The position numbers were made by a program, and so were the translations under genes. A stretch of DNA of 60,146 nucleotides from Fidelibacterota bacterium (lineage in GTDB: Bacteria > Fidelibacterota > Fidelibacteria > Fidelibacterales > DSDE01). Of the stretch, positions 1 to 10,447 are shown piece after piece. Within the stretch, counting starts at the first letter, position 1. Each line of letters starts with the position of its first letter. Where the stretch lies: NCBI GenBank assembly GCA_046735395.1, contig JBJKQR010000009.1:1-60146 (forward strand), given 5' to 3'. The notes below the pieces were generated by a model. That model made no database searches. It was given only the letters and a program-made list of their open reading frames with translations, and was not told the origin of the DNA.

Positions 1-93
1 GAACTGCTTCAGCAGTCCATTGCCTTCCTGAATGCCAAATCTCTGGCTGGTGCGACCATTATCACCTCCGGTGACAAGGCTACGGATTTCTGA
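1..93 (+). CDS. 3' end of an unidentified CDS (partial)
   Basis: Open frame ELLQQSIAFLNAKSLAGATIITSGDKATDF ending TGA, followed by a terminator. Confidence 0.6.
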   Translation, partial: ELLQQSIAFLNAKSLAGATIITSGDKATDF

Positions 94-119
94 TTATTCT
101 AATCATATCCGATATTCTG

Positions 120-150
120 AAAAGCCCGGTTCGCCGGGCTTTTCTTTTAT
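120..150 (+). terminator. Rho-independent terminator
   Basis: AAAAGCCCGG-TTCG-CCGGGCTTTT hairpin followed by a T-rich tail. Confidence 0.85.
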
Positions 151-263
151 CCAGCCATTTTTCCACATCCGGATTGACTGAGAGCACATGCCGGGGTGAC
201 TTTATTCTTTTAATCCGCAGAATATATTCCTAAACTCTGAAAAGACTAACAGGGAGTAAGAAG

Positions 264-581
264 ATGAAAAGTAAATTCGCAGTTGCGTTGATCATGTCTG
301 CACTCTTTTCTGCCTTCATGATCGCGGATGGGAATCCGAAGGTGGAAAACAGGATACAGCAGCCGGGTTTTACCACGGCACAGGCGCAGCCTGTTCTGCT
401 GGCTCAGACGGTGATCAAGCGGACCAGCAGCGCCAAGACCTCCACACAGATGAAGAAGGTGGACACGCAGGAAGAGAAAATACAGGCCCTCGAACGGGAA
501 GTCGCGGATCTGAAGGCTGAAAATGCCCGGCTGCGTTCGGCGATTTATGAAGCACGAAAAGCCCTGGAAAGAGTAAAATAG
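264..581 (+). CDS. Small secreted coiled-coil hypothetical protein
   Basis: GGAG SD, N-terminal signal peptide, C-terminal heptads (IQALEREVADLKAENARLR). Confidence 0.75.
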   Translation: MKSKFAVALIMSALFSAFMIADGNPKVENRIQQPGFTTAQAQPVLLAQTVIKRTSSAKTSTQMKKVDTQEEKIQALEREVADLKAENARLRSAIYEARKALERVK

Positions 582-593
582 GGGAGGTCAATA

Positions 594-1241
594 ATGAAAA
601 GACTTAGCATAATCACGCTGCTTCTATTTACGGCAATTTCCTTTTTCGGCTGTACACAGGAAGGAAATCTCGACGTGACCAACAGCAGTAACGGATGGGT
701 GGACGTCACGGTGGATCAGGATCTGACGCGTCTCGACGCGGATGAAAGTGTGACCTATACCTGGGATTTTCTGGCCGATGCCAGCAAGGACGTTCCGGTT
801 ACAGCAGACGGCCTCTATGTTATCGGGTTTGAAAGTACCGGATTCGTCGCCGGAGGGCAGGATGATCAGGTGGAAGTATGGGGCAATGCCGCTGCTCTGA
901 CCATCACAAATAACGGCAGCTATTCAGTGAATGAAATATATATTTCAGAATATACAAATGATACCTGGGGGACGGAGTGGCTTGGCAGCGATGTGCTGGC
1001 GCCCGGTGCATCCGTTGTCTTTACGGTAGAACCCAACGCCTATGATGTGAAGGTAGTTGATACGAACGGAAATATCTATGTCAAGAGTTGGCTCGACTGG
1101 GTCTATCTGGACAGAGACACCATGTACGAACTGACCGTGGGCGGGAAAGGCGGATTGAAGAAGGGCGTTGCTGATATGAAACGGCAGGGCGGGGATCCTG
1201 GAAAATCCGATGCTGCACATCTTCGGATCATCAGACGCTGA
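594..1241 (+). CDS. Hypothetical lipoprotein, beta-rich
   Basis: GGGGAGG SD; lipobox-like FFGC after a hydrophobic stretch. Confidence 0.8.
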   Translation: MKRLSIITLLLFTAISFFGCTQEGNLDVTNSSNGWVDVTVDQDLTRLDADESVTYTWDFLADASKDVPVTADGLYVIGFESTGFVAGGQDDQVEVWGNAAALTITNNGSYSVNEIYISEYTNDTWGTEWLGSDVLAPGASVVFTVEPNAYDVKVVDTNGNIYVKSWLDWVYLDRDTMYELTVGGKGGLKKGVADMKRQGGDPGKSDAAHLRIIRR

Positions 1242-1266
1242 GAAGTCTTCACAAATTACAGATTCG

Positions 1267-1294
1267 AGTCCGGTCATCAGGCCGGACTTTTTTT
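1267..1294 (+). terminator. Rho-independent terminator
   Basis: AGTCCGGTC-ATCA-GGCCGGACT followed by a T run. Confidence 0.8.
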
Positions 1295-1372
1295 ATTCGA
1301 TGAATCCGGGACCGGGAATTTTATAACAAAGTATTGCGGTAACAGGGGATTTGGTTTAATTTTTCTTCAATC

Positions 1373-2683
1373 ATGATAAAAGTATTCAGCAGGGAAGCAA
1401 AAAAACGCATCATTGATGATTTCCGCAACTATGTCTCGCCGCATAAGGCGGATGTATTTCAGTCCTATGGGCTTGATTTCATCATGGGCCGGCGTGAAGG
1501 AATCCATATCTGGGATGTGGACGGCCGCAGGAAGCTCATCAACTGCCACAGCAATGGCGGCGTATTTAACCTGGGACATCGGAACACGGCGCTGATTTCC
1601 GTCCTGAAGAATGCCCTGGAATCCGTGGATATCGGGAATCATCATTTCATGTCCGAGCAGCGGGCTGCCCTGGCCCGGAAACTTGCGCTGCTGACACCCG
1701 GTGACCTGAATTACAGTATTTTCGGCGTGAGCGGGGGCGAAGCGATCGATCTGGCGCTGAAACTGGCCCGGGGCTATACGCAGCGATCGGATATCATTCG
1801 CACGGAGGGCGCCTATCATGGCCATACCGGACTGGCCCTGGCTGCAGGTGAACCCAAGTACCGAAATCCCTTCGGCATCTTCATTCCGGGATTCAAGAGT
1901 GTGCCCTTCAATGATGTGGACGCATTGAAACAGCTTTTGTCCCCGAGAACGGCTGCCGTTATCCTGGAAACGGTGCAGGCCACATCGGGCATCGTGGTCC
2001 CTGACCTGAACTATATGAAGGAAGTACGGCGTCTCTGCAGCGAAAACGGGACTCTGCTCATCCTGGATGAAGTGCAGTCGGGCTTGGGACGGACGGGCCG
2101 AATGTGGGCATTTGAACATTTCGGAATTATCCCGGATATGCTGGTCAGCGGCAAAGGCCTGTCCGGCGGGCTCTATCCCATGAGTGTTACCATGATTCGT
2201 GAATCCATTATGAATTTTTTTAAGGATGATCCCTTTATCCATGTGAGCACCTTCGGAGGGGCGGAACTCGGTGCCGTCGTTTCGCTGGAAGTTTTGAAAA
2301 TCACCTCCAATCCGGCTTTTCTCAATCATGTGGAAGTCATGGGAAACCAGCTTCGTGAGGGCTATGAACAGCTTCTGAAGAAATTTCCGCGAAGTCTGGC
2401 CGGATATTCGCAGCTGGGTATGATGACCAGCCTGCGTTTTCATGATGCTGAGACAGGCCCTCTGTTTACACGGGCGGCCTATGATGCGGGAATCTGGGCC
2501 CTCTTTGCCAATAATGACAGCCGGGCAGTGCAGATTTTGCCTCCCCTCGTAGCCACATCCGAGGAGGTGGCTGAAATTCTGAAACGTATTCGAAATGCGC
2601 TGCGGCGGCTTCCCGTATATCGCCTCCTGTCCCATTCGCTTCGCCACAGCCGGAAACAGCTGACAGAAAGGACCCCGGTGTGA
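1373..2683 (+). CDS. Class III PLP-dependent aminotransferase-family enzyme
   Basis: FNLGH, SGGEA, AYHGHT, LILDEVQSGLGRTG, GKGLSGG (PLP Lys), STFGG. Confidence 0.92.
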   Translation: MIKVFSREAKKRIIDDFRNYVSPHKADVFQSYGLDFIMGRREGIHIWDVDGRRKLINCHSNGGVFNLGHRNTALISVLKNALESVDIGNHHFMSEQRAALARKLALLTPGDLNYSIFGVSGGEAIDLALKLARGYTQRSDIIRTEGAYHGHTGLALAAGEPKYRNPFGIFIPGFKSVPFNDVDALKQLLSPRTAAVILETVQATSGIVVPDLNYMKEVRRLCSENGTLLILDEVQSGLGRTGRMWAFEHFGIIPDMLVSGKGLSGGLYPMSVTMIRESIMNFFKDDPFIHVSTFGGAELGAVVSLEVLKITSNPAFLNHVEVMGNQLREGYEQLLKKFPRSLAGYSQLGMMTSLRFHDAETGPLFTRAAYDAGIWALFANNDSRAVQILPPLVATSEEVAEILKRIRNALRRLPVYRLLSHSLRHSRKQLTERTPV

Positions 2684-3636
2684 GTCTTCTTATTCCCGAT
2701 ATTGATTTTCAGGCTTTTGAAAATCAGCTCAATCCCTCTGTTCGGGACGCCCTGCCCATGGGCGCGGAAATCCTGGGCTATGGGGAAATTTCATCCGTCT
2801 TTTCGCTGCGGGACGACAGCGGCCGGAAAATCGCTGTCAAGCGTCTTCCCGTTTTCAACAGCCGGGAGGAGATTGAAGAATTTAAGGTAACCTTCATGGA
2901 TTACAATCAGCGCCTTCGGGACTGCGGCCTTCTCGTTCCGGACGGGGATGTGACGGCTGTGCGAAGGAAAAACGGCGCCTGGTCCGCCTATGTTCTGCAG
3001 GAGTCCCTGGAACCGTCTGATATTGCCAGTACAGGCCTGGCTGAGCGCGAGGCTGAGTCTGCGTCGAGGCTGTTCCGATCGGTCCTGTTGTATATGGCGG
3101 CTGTCTGGCAAAAGAATGAGGGTGCTTCGCGGCAGCTTCTGGGGCTGGACGGCCAGATATCCAACTGGGCCTTCAGCGGAGGAACCCTGTCCTCGGGATT
3201 GCCGGAATTGATCTATATCGATACGTCCACCCCTTTCATCCGTATGGACGGCCGGGAGCAGTTCCGGGCCGAAATCCTGCTCCAATCCGCACCTGCCGGC
3301 CTTCGCGTATTGCTTAAAAAGATGTTTCTGCAGGAAATCCTCGACAGATATTATCGTTTTCAGGATGTGATCACAGATCTGGGCGCCAATCTGATCAAGG
3401 AGGGCGCATCCCGTCATCTTCCGCTTCTCGTGAACCTGGTCAATTCCATGCTGGATTCGGATCTGAAGGAATTTTCTCTGAGGGAATTCACGGTGGAAGA
3501 CATTGAAAATTATTACAGACGCGACAAATTCATCTGGCAGCTTTTTCTGGCAGCGCGGCGGGCAGACCGCTGGCTGCAGACCCGGATTTTCAGACGCCGC
3601 TATGAATTTCTGCTTCCTGAAATCAAGCAGCGATAA
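2680..3636 (+). CDS. DUF6206-like protein with protein-kinase-like motifs
   Basis: GTGA overlap with the upstream stop; LGYGEISSV, IAVKR, DGQISNW and YID motifs. Confidence 0.75.
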   Translation: MSLLIPDIDFQAFENQLNPSVRDALPMGAEILGYGEISSVFSLRDDSGRKIAVKRLPVFNSREEIEEFKVTFMDYNQRLRDCGLLVPDGDVTAVRRKNGAWSAYVLQESLEPSDIASTGLAEREAESASRLFRSVLLYMAAVWQKNEGASRQLLGLDGQISNWAFSGGTLSSGLPELIYIDTSTPFIRMDGREQFRAEILLQSAPAGLRVLLKKMFLQEILDRYYRFQDVITDLGANLIKEGASRHLPLLVNLVNSMLDSDLKEFSLREFTVEDIENYYRRDKFIWQLFLAARRADRWLQTRIFRRRYEFLLPEIKQR

Positions 3637-3646
3637 AGGACCGCGC

Positions 3647-6487
3647 ATGCTTACACGCAGTGTACCATTCCTGTCATTTCTCATCCTGATGTGGAGCTGT
3701 CAGACTGCAGACCTGTTTCGAAATTCACCGGCCCCGCAGTCGATTCCCGATCTGGATTCGGCGGTGGTGTCCGGTGTGCTGGAAAACGGCCTGACCTATT
3801 ATATCCGGCATAACGATTATCCGGAAGACCGCATCGAAATGCAGCTTCTGGTGAATGTGGGCAGTTTGCAGGAAACAGAATCCGAACGGGGTTACGCTCA
3901 TTTTCTGGAACATCTTGCCTTCAACGGCACGATGCATTTTCCCGGGCAGGATCTGGTCAATTATCTGGAAGGCATCGGCATGCAGTTCGGTGCCGATGTG
4001 AATGCCTATACCTCCTTTGAGGAAACCGCGTACAGGCTGCAGCTGCCGGCGGATAATCCGGAATTTCTGGAAAAGGGCCTGCTCGTTTTTCAGGACTGGA
4101 TGGGGGGCATCGGCCTGGACTCACTGGAAGTTGAAAAAGAAAAGGGCGTCATACTGGAAGAGCTCAGGCTGAGAAAGGGTCTTGCCGCCCGCCTTCGTGA
4201 TATTCATCTGCCGGTGCTGCTGAAGGATTCCCGCTATCCGGACCGGCTGCCCATCGGGTTGGAATCCAGTATCCGCGGCGCAAAATCCACCGATCTCCAG
4301 GCCTTTTATCACAGATGGTATCAACCGGAAAACATGGCCATCGTCATTGTGGGTGATGTGGATGCCGAAGATCTGAAGGATAAGATTCAGAAACAGTTCA
4401 ACGTCAGCGCTCCGGAGCTGATTAATTATCCGGACGTCTTTCCGGTTCCCCGAAAACCTGAATTCTGTGTGAGTGTGGCACAGGATCCGGAACTGAGTTA
4501 CGGAAATCTTTCGCTGTATACCAAACATGCCCCCCGGCAAATCCATACAACCCGGGACTACCGGCAATTTCTGGCGGCACAGCTGAGTATGCAGATCCTC
4601 AATGAACGCCTGGATGTGCTCGCACGAAAACCGCATACTCCCTTTCTGGGTGCAGCCGCTTCCTACGGCTCCTATGTGAGACCTCTGGATGTATTTACCC
4701 TGGGAACAGCCTTTGATCCGGACAGTCTCAGGCCCGCGGTCCGGGCTCTCACTCGTGAGGCGCTGAGAGCACAGCGTTTCGGCTTTACCGGATCCGAGCT
4801 GAAAAGGGCCGCCGCAGATCTGATGAGCAGCTATAAAAAAGCCTGGACCGAACGGACCAAGACCACGTCCGGGAGCCTTCTGGAAAGCTATAAAAATCAT
4901 TTTCTCACCGGAGAGCCGGAGCCGGGAATTGAATATGAATTCAATCTCGTTTCCCGTCTGCTGCCCCGAATCAGGCCCGCTGACCTGAAACAGGCTCTGA
5001 ATCAGATGCTGGATGCTCCCGACCAGGTTGCTCTCGTCAATCTTCCGGAAAATACGGCGGCCGTGATCGATTCCACCGGGCTGGCGACCCTTCTAAAGGA
5101 GGTTGCCGGGGAAGACATCCGGAATGAAGCCGACGACGACACAGATGTATCCTTTCTCGATTTCAAACCCGAACCAGGGACTGTTGTGAAACGAATAGAT
5201 TATGAGAAACCGGGAATCCGTGAAGTGATTCTGGCGAATGGCCTGCACGTGTATCTGCACCCGAGTGACTATAAAAATGATCAGATTATCTTTTCCGGCT
5301 ACAGCCCGGGTGGATTGTCCATGGCAGAGAATGCAAATTATTTTTCAGCATCCATGGCTGTAAATATCATGATGGAAAGCGGTCTGGCCGGCCTGGACAA
5401 ATCCCGGCTTGATAAAGCTCTGTCCGGTATGAATCTGCGGGTCACTCCCCGGATCGGCGATGATTTCGAAGGCTTCAGCGGATTGTCCGACCGGTTGTCA
5501 CTGGAGACGGCCCTGAAGCTGGTTAATCTGTATTTTACCCGGTCCCGCTATGATTCGACGGTATATCCCATACTCCGAACCCATCTTTCCGCGCTGTTAC
5601 AGCGCAGGGAGAATGATCCGGATGCCGTATTCGAAGACAGTCTGTCCTCCTGTCTCTATGACCGCAATCCCCGGATGAGGCCCCTGCGCAGTTCCGATCT
5701 GTCCGCGATTGATCCGGCCGCGGCGGCCGCGTTCTTTCGTGAACGCTTTGCCAATCCGTCCGATTTTTCCTTCTATTTCTCAGGCAATTTCGATACAGAC
5801 AGCCTGGAGCTGCTCTGCCGCAGGTATCTGGGAACGCTCTCCGGTTCCGGTAGGCAGGACGTGGTACCCGATACCCATCCGGTCATGCCTGATACGGTTA
5901 TGGTCAGGACTGTGACGAAGGGAATTGAGAATAAGGGCCGGGCCTGTATGGTGTTTTTCGGTGATACGGATTTTTCCTGGCATGAGGTCCACAATCTGAA
6001 TTCCACTGCTCAGGCGCTGGAAATTCTGCTCAGAGAGCGGATCCGCGAAGATCTGGGAGGTACTTATGGCATCGGTGTCAGTCTGCGTCTGTTTCCGCAA
6101 ATCCGGCCCCGTTATGAATTCATCATCGATTTTTCCTGTGATCCGGCACGGGAGGAAGAACTGTCCGGGCAGGTACTGAGCCTGATTGACAGTCTGCGAA
6201 GCAATGTCCGGGATACGTCCGTGATAGAAAAAGTCAGGGAAGGTTTTCTCCGTCAGAGGGAGACGGATATAGAAACCAACCGATTCTGGACGGCCATGAT
6301 GCAGAATTATACGGTCTATGGTTTCGGGCTGGAAAATATTCTGAATTACCCGGAATTAAGCCGGGATTTCACGATACAGGTTTTTCAGAAGCTAATCCGG
6401 GAAAAATTCAATCCGGAAAAATATCTCAAAGTATATCTGTTGCCGGATCATCTGTCCGGAGAAGGGAAAGAGGCTGCACATGATTAA
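3647..6487 (+). CDS. M16 family (PqqL-like) zinc protease, probable lipoprotein
   Basis: HFLEH inverted zinc motif, NAYTSFEET; start moved to ATG 3647 (AAGGA SD, LMWSC lipobox-like). Confidence 0.9.
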   Translation: MLTRSVPFLSFLILMWSCQTADLFRNSPAPQSIPDLDSAVVSGVLENGLTYYIRHNDYPEDRIEMQLLVNVGSLQETESERGYAHFLEHLAFNGTMHFPGQDLVNYLEGIGMQFGADVNAYTSFEETAYRLQLPADNPEFLEKGLLVFQDWMGGIGLDSLEVEKEKGVILEELRLRKGLAARLRDIHLPVLLKDSRYPDRLPIGLESSIRGAKSTDLQAFYHRWYQPENMAIVIVGDVDAEDLKDKIQKQFNVSAPELINYPDVFPVPRKPEFCVSVAQDPELSYGNLSLYTKHAPRQIHTTRDYRQFLAAQLSMQILNERLDVLARKPHTPFLGAAASYGSYVRPLDVFTLGTAFDPDSLRPAVRALTREALRAQRFGFTGSELKRAAADLMSSYKKAWTERTKTTSGSLLESYKNHFLTGEPEPGIEYEFNLVSRLLPRIRPADLKQALNQMLDAPDQVALVNLPENTAAVIDSTGLATLLKEVAGEDIRNEADDDTDVSFLDFKPEPGTVVKRIDYEKPGIREVILANGLHVYLHPSDYKNDQIIFSGYSPGGLSMAENANYFSASMAVNIMMESGLAGLDKSRLDKALSGMNLRVTPRIGDDFEGFSGLSDRLSLETALKLVNLYFTRSRYDSTVYPILRTHLSALLQRRENDPDAVFEDSLSSCLYDRNPRMRPLRSSDLSAIDPAAAAAFFRERFANPSDFSFYFSGNFDTDSLELLCRRYLGTLSGSGRQDVVPDTHPVMPDTVMVRTVTKGIENKGRACMVFFGDTDFSWHEVHNLNSTAQALEILLRERIREDLGGTYGIGVSLRLFPQIRPRYEFIIDFSCDPAREEELSGQVLSLIDSLRSNVRDTSVIEKVREGFLRQRETDIETNRFWTAMMQNYTVYGFGLENILNYPELSRDFTIQVFQKLIREKFNPEKYLKVYLLPDHLSGEGKEAAHD

Positions 6488-8897
6488 GAAAACCGCGATT
6501 ACACTTGCTGTGTTCATTGTTCTGGTTATTTTAGGCACCCTGCTGTACTATAATCGGATGACGACCCGGGCTATTCCGGACTACACCGGCCGGCTGGTCT
6601 TCAAAGGGCTGGAGGAACCGGTGGAGATATACCGGGACAAATATGCAGTTCCTCACATTTTCGCGAAGAATGAAGCGGATCTGTACCGGGCTACGGGCTA
6701 TCTCATTGCCGAAGACAGGCTCTGGCAGATGGATCTGCTCCGGCGGGTCACCACAGGCCGCCTGTCGGAAATATTCGGAAAGGATCTGGTCCAGGTTGAC
6801 CAGCTCATGAGAGCACTGAAGATCACGGACAAGTCCATAAAAATTCTGGCAAAGTCAAATCCTGACATTCTGACGGATCTGGAAAGTTTTTCCCGGGGTG
6901 TAAATCAGTTTATCAAGGATCATGAACATAAACTGCCGGTGGAATTCAGCATACTCGGTTACAAGCCCGAACCCTGGCAGCCGGTGTATTCCGTAAATCT
7001 CATCGGCTATATGGCCTGGGATCTGACCATGCCCTACAGTGTGGAGACCGTCCTGAACAAGATTCGGGACAAGGTGACTCCCGAACAGTACGCGGAACTG
7101 ATCCCGGATGTCATGAAACAGACGACGACGGTTTATCCGGCAGAATCGCTGAGCGCCCGGGATGCGGATGTGATCGGGACTTCACTGCTCGCGTCCATGG
7201 ATAAGCTGAGTCAATGGGGTGTGCAGAGTTTTCAGGGAAGCAACAACTGGGCAATTTCAGGATCGAAAAGTGCCACGGGTGCTCCCATCTTCTGCAATGA
7301 CATGCACCTGGGACTGAATGCGCCCGGGCTCTGGTACCAGATTCATCAGGTGGTGGAAGGGAAACTCAATGTCACGGGTGTTCTGCTGCCCGGACAGCCC
7401 TTCGTCATTGCCGGGCATAATGCGGATATTGCCTGGGGTATGACCAATGTGGATGTGGATGACATGGATTTTTACCGGGAAAAATTTGACGACAAGGGTG
7501 AAAGTTATCTCTACGATGATTACTGGTATCCGGTGGAACGTCAGGAGGAGACAATCCGGATCAAGGGCGGCACGGATACGACAGTCGTGAATCTTTTCAC
7601 ACAGCGCGGACCCATCATCAGCAGTTTCAAGGATTTTCGCGATGAAATGATTTCCATGACCTGGACGGGAAATCTCATGTCCAACGAGATCAGAACGGTT
7701 TACCTGCTGAACCGGGCTAAAAACTGGGATGATTTCCGTGATGCGATACAGACCTTCCGGGCGGTCTCACAGAATATTGATTACGCGGACCGCTTCGGCA
7801 ATATCGGGCTCTATAACTGCGCCGGCATACCGGTCCGGCCGGCCGGGATGACCGGTATCGATATCTATCCGGGATGGACCAGTGACTATAACTGGAGAGG
7901 CATTCTGCCCTTCGAGAAACAACTTTTCAGTTTCAACCCCAGCTCGGGATACGTGAGTTCGGCCAATAACAAGACGGCCGTCAATGATTATCCCTATCCC
8001 GTTTCCCACTGGTTTGCCCTGCCGTATCGCATCGACCGGATCCGGGAACTGCTGGAGGCAAGCAATTCCATTTCCGTGGACGATATGAAGAAAATTCAGA
8101 GTGATGAAAAGTCGCTTTTTGTCGGAGAAATAAAACCTCTGCTCTTAAACGGAATGAAGGGTAAGAAAGCCTTGAGCGATCAGGGGCGGGCGATGCTGCG
8201 ACGTCTGAAAAAATGGGATGATACCATGACCGTTGAGAGCCCGGAAGCTGCCGTATTCGAACTTTTTTATGTGAATTTTATCCAGAATATGCTTCAAGAT
8301 GAACTGGGAGAAAAACTGTACAGAGAGTACTCCAAGACCAGTGTCCTGTCCAGATATTTTCTCAATAACCTGATGCAGAACGGAGCCAGCGCCTATGCTG
8401 ATGATATCAGTACGCCGGATGTGAAGGAAACACTCTCGGATCAGATCATAAAAAGCTATAAGCAGGCGATCGCCCTTATGATACAGGACCACAGCAACAA
8501 TATCGACAATTGGCACTGGGGTGATATTCACCAGCTCACTCTCAAGCATCCGCTGGGATCGGTGAAAATTCTGGACCGGCTGTTTCATTTCAATTACGGG
8601 CCCATTCCGGCACCGGGAAACGCCACTACAGTCGCCCCGATGGCCTACAAGCTCTCGGATCCCTTCGATGTGAATCACGGGCCGTCTCAGAGACATATCT
8701 ATACCCCGGACAACTGGGATAATTCCTTCAGCGTGATTCCCACGGGAGAATGCGGCGTGCCGAACAGTCCGCATTACTGCGATCAGACGGAAATGTATAT
8801 GAAATTCCAGTATCATCCGGATTATTTCAGCCGGGAAAAAGTCATTGAAAATGCGAAGTATAAGCAGGAGCTGCTCCCCGCAAGGCTGGGGATCTGA
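6480..8897 (+). CDS. Penicillin acylase family (S45) Ntn-hydrolase, membrane anchored
   Basis: RDKYAVPHIFA, DRLWQMD, GSNNWAI (beta-chain Ser), NDMHL; N-terminal TM. Confidence 0.92.
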   Translation: MIKKTAITLAVFIVLVILGTLLYYNRMTTRAIPDYTGRLVFKGLEEPVEIYRDKYAVPHIFAKNEADLYRATGYLIAEDRLWQMDLLRRVTTGRLSEIFGKDLVQVDQLMRALKITDKSIKILAKSNPDILTDLESFSRGVNQFIKDHEHKLPVEFSILGYKPEPWQPVYSVNLIGYMAWDLTMPYSVETVLNKIRDKVTPEQYAELIPDVMKQTTTVYPAESLSARDADVIGTSLLASMDKLSQWGVQSFQGSNNWAISGSKSATGAPIFCNDMHLGLNAPGLWYQIHQVVEGKLNVTGVLLPGQPFVIAGHNADIAWGMTNVDVDDMDFYREKFDDKGESYLYDDYWYPVERQEETIRIKGGTDTTVVNLFTQRGPIISSFKDFRDEMISMTWTGNLMSNEIRTVYLLNRAKNWDDFRDAIQTFRAVSQNIDYADRFGNIGLYNCAGIPVRPAGMTGIDIYPGWTSDYNWRGILPFEKQLFSFNPSSGYVSSANNKTAVNDYPYPVSHWFALPYRIDRIRELLEASNSISVDDMKKIQSDEKSLFVGEIKPLLLNGMKGKKALSDQGRAMLRRLKKWDDTMTVESPEAAVFELFYVNFIQNMLQDELGEKLYREYSKTSVLSRYFLNNLMQNGASAYADDISTPDVKETLSDQIIKSYKQAIALMIQDHSNNIDNWHWGDIHQLTLKHPLGSVKILDRLFHFNYGPIPAPGNATTVAPMAYKLSDPFDVNHGPSQRHIYTPDNWDNSFSVIPTGECGVPNSPHYCDQTEMYMKFQYHPDYFSREKVIENAKYKQELLPARLGI

Positions 8898-8903
8898 AAG
8901 AGT

Positions 8904-9518
8904 ATGAGTTTTCCAGATCCATTCTACAAATGGCGTCCCCATCCCTGGCACGGCCTGGAAACAGGCACCGCGGCTCCGTCTGTTGTGAATGCCTATATCG
9001 AAATCACACCCTTCGATCTGGTCAAGTATGAGGTGGACAAGGCGACGGGATACATGCGGGTGGACCGGCCGCAGCAGACATCGAGCCTGCCGCCGACTCT
9101 CTACGGGTTCATTCCCCGGACTTACTGCGCTGAGAGGGTCAACGCCCTGTCCCCCAATGCCCGGAAGGGCGATCACGATCCGCTGGATATCTGCGTGCTC
9201 AGCGAACGCCCCATCAACAGGAATGAGGTCATTCTGAATGCCCGGGTGGTGGGCGGCATCCGGATGGTGGATCATGGAGAGGCGGATGACAAGATCATCG
9301 CGGTTCTTGCCAACGATGCCCATTACGAGAGCGTTAGAGATATTGATGACCTGCCGGATGCGACACTTCAGCGTCTGAAGCATTATTTCTCAACCTACAA
9401 ACTGGTACCCGGCGAAAGATCTCAGGTGCAGATTGATGACATCTATGACGCGGTCACTGCGCATAAAGTGATACTGGCCTCCATGGAAGATTACAATGAC
9501 GTATTCGGCGACAGGTGA
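8904..9518 (+). CDS. ppa: Family I inorganic pyrophosphatase
   Basis: HPWHG, KYEVDK, YGFIPRT, DHDPLD, DDKIIAV. Confidence 0.95.
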   Translation: MSFPDPFYKWRPHPWHGLETGTAAPSVVNAYIEITPFDLVKYEVDKATGYMRVDRPQQTSSLPPTLYGFIPRTYCAERVNALSPNARKGDHDPLDICVLSERPINRNEVILNARVVGGIRMVDHGEADDKIIAVLANDAHYESVRDIDDLPDATLQRLKHYFSTYKLVPGERSQVQIDDIYDAVTAHKVILASMEDYNDVFGDR

Positions 9519-9623
9519 ATGATCAGAATCCGGGACCGTCAGCAGGGGGCAAAACTCCGTGAAAAGGCGGTTGGTTACAAATGGGAAAAGTACTAAATTA
9601 GTCTGACAGACAAAGGTGGAAAT

Positions 9624-10040
9624 ATGGCAGCCGGTAGACGAAAGAAAGAGAGTGACACTCCCAAATCCTCGATTCAGTTCCATGACCGGGACAGTCGGCT
9701 TACCTTCATTCAGGAACGACTGGACAGTCTGCTGGATGAATTCGGCGGAAGTTACGGGAGTTTTCTGGCGGAGGAACTGCAGAAACGGCTCGAATATACG
9801 ATTCGTGTGTTTCATGAGGATGCATCGGAACTGCTGATGGATATGGCCAAACAGAGCAATGCGATGATGTCCATGAGCGATGAAATCCGTCAGGGCCGGA
9901 CGATTGAGGATCTGGTCGGGGCCAGTCCCGAACCGATTCCTGCAGCGGCAGCGAATCCGGTAAAACCGGCCGGAACACCGCCCATGGGAACGGACCGTGT
10001 CGGTATGCCGAAAAGTCTGTTTCAAAAAAAACAGGAGTAA
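9624..10040 (+). CDS. Hypothetical protein
   Basis: AAAGGTGG SD, fills the operon gap, helical core with a Pro/Ala-rich tail. Confidence 0.7.
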   Translation: MAAGRRKKESDTPKSSIQFHDRDSRLTFIQERLDSLLDEFGGSYGSFLAEELQKRLEYTIRVFHEDASELLMDMAKQSNAMMSMSDEIRQGRTIEDLVGASPEPIPAAAANPVKPAGTPPMGTDRVGMPKSLFQKKQE

Positions 10041-10058
10041 GGAGTTTTTAGTAACACG

Positions 10059-10445
10059 ATGAATTTTGAATTAAAACGTATTGAAGTATGGCCTTTGTTC
10101 CGGAACAGTTTTTTCGTCAGCAGCATTCTGTTTATCCTCTTTTTCATGGTAATGGGAAACGCCATCATGGAAATGCAGGCCATGCTGAGTCAGAGTATGG
10201 GCAGCGGTGACGCGGGCGTGGCGACAGGCCCGTTCATGCTGATTATAGGCGCGATTCTCAATGCCCTGCTGTTTTCCGGATTTCTGGCTGCCGGAGCCTC
10301 GCTGTACAATGTGGTCAGCAGCCGCTTCGGTGGATACCGCTTTCATCTGGACGGAGAATTCGAAGTGGAAACCCTCATTGAGGAAATTGAGACCCATTCG
10401 GGAAACGAGGCAGATATTGCCCAGGCAAAGGGAAACGATAACTGA
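10059..10445 (+). CDS. Small two-TM membrane protein (DUF3566-like)
   Basis: ELKRIEVWPLF start, two hydrophobic helices, LYNVVSSRFGG. Confidence 0.7.
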   Translation: MNFELKRIEVWPLFRNSFFVSSILFILFFMVMGNAIMEMQAMLSQSMGSGDAGVATGPFMLIIGAILNALLFSGFLAAGASLYNVVSSRFGGYRFHLDGEFEVETLIEEIETHSGNEADIAQAKGNDN

Positions 10446-10447
10446 TT

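Noticed and set aside
3503..3646. N-terminal extensions from the ORF track (M16 protease; also rny, pheS and the serine protease up to 57411)
   Set aside because: They overlap upstream genes or repeats; downstream starts fit SD sites, signal peptides or family N-termini better
9540..9610. GGCAAA...GAAA segment resembling a c-di-GMP-I riboswitch
   Set aside because: Lacks the GACGCAAA junction and a convincing P2 stem
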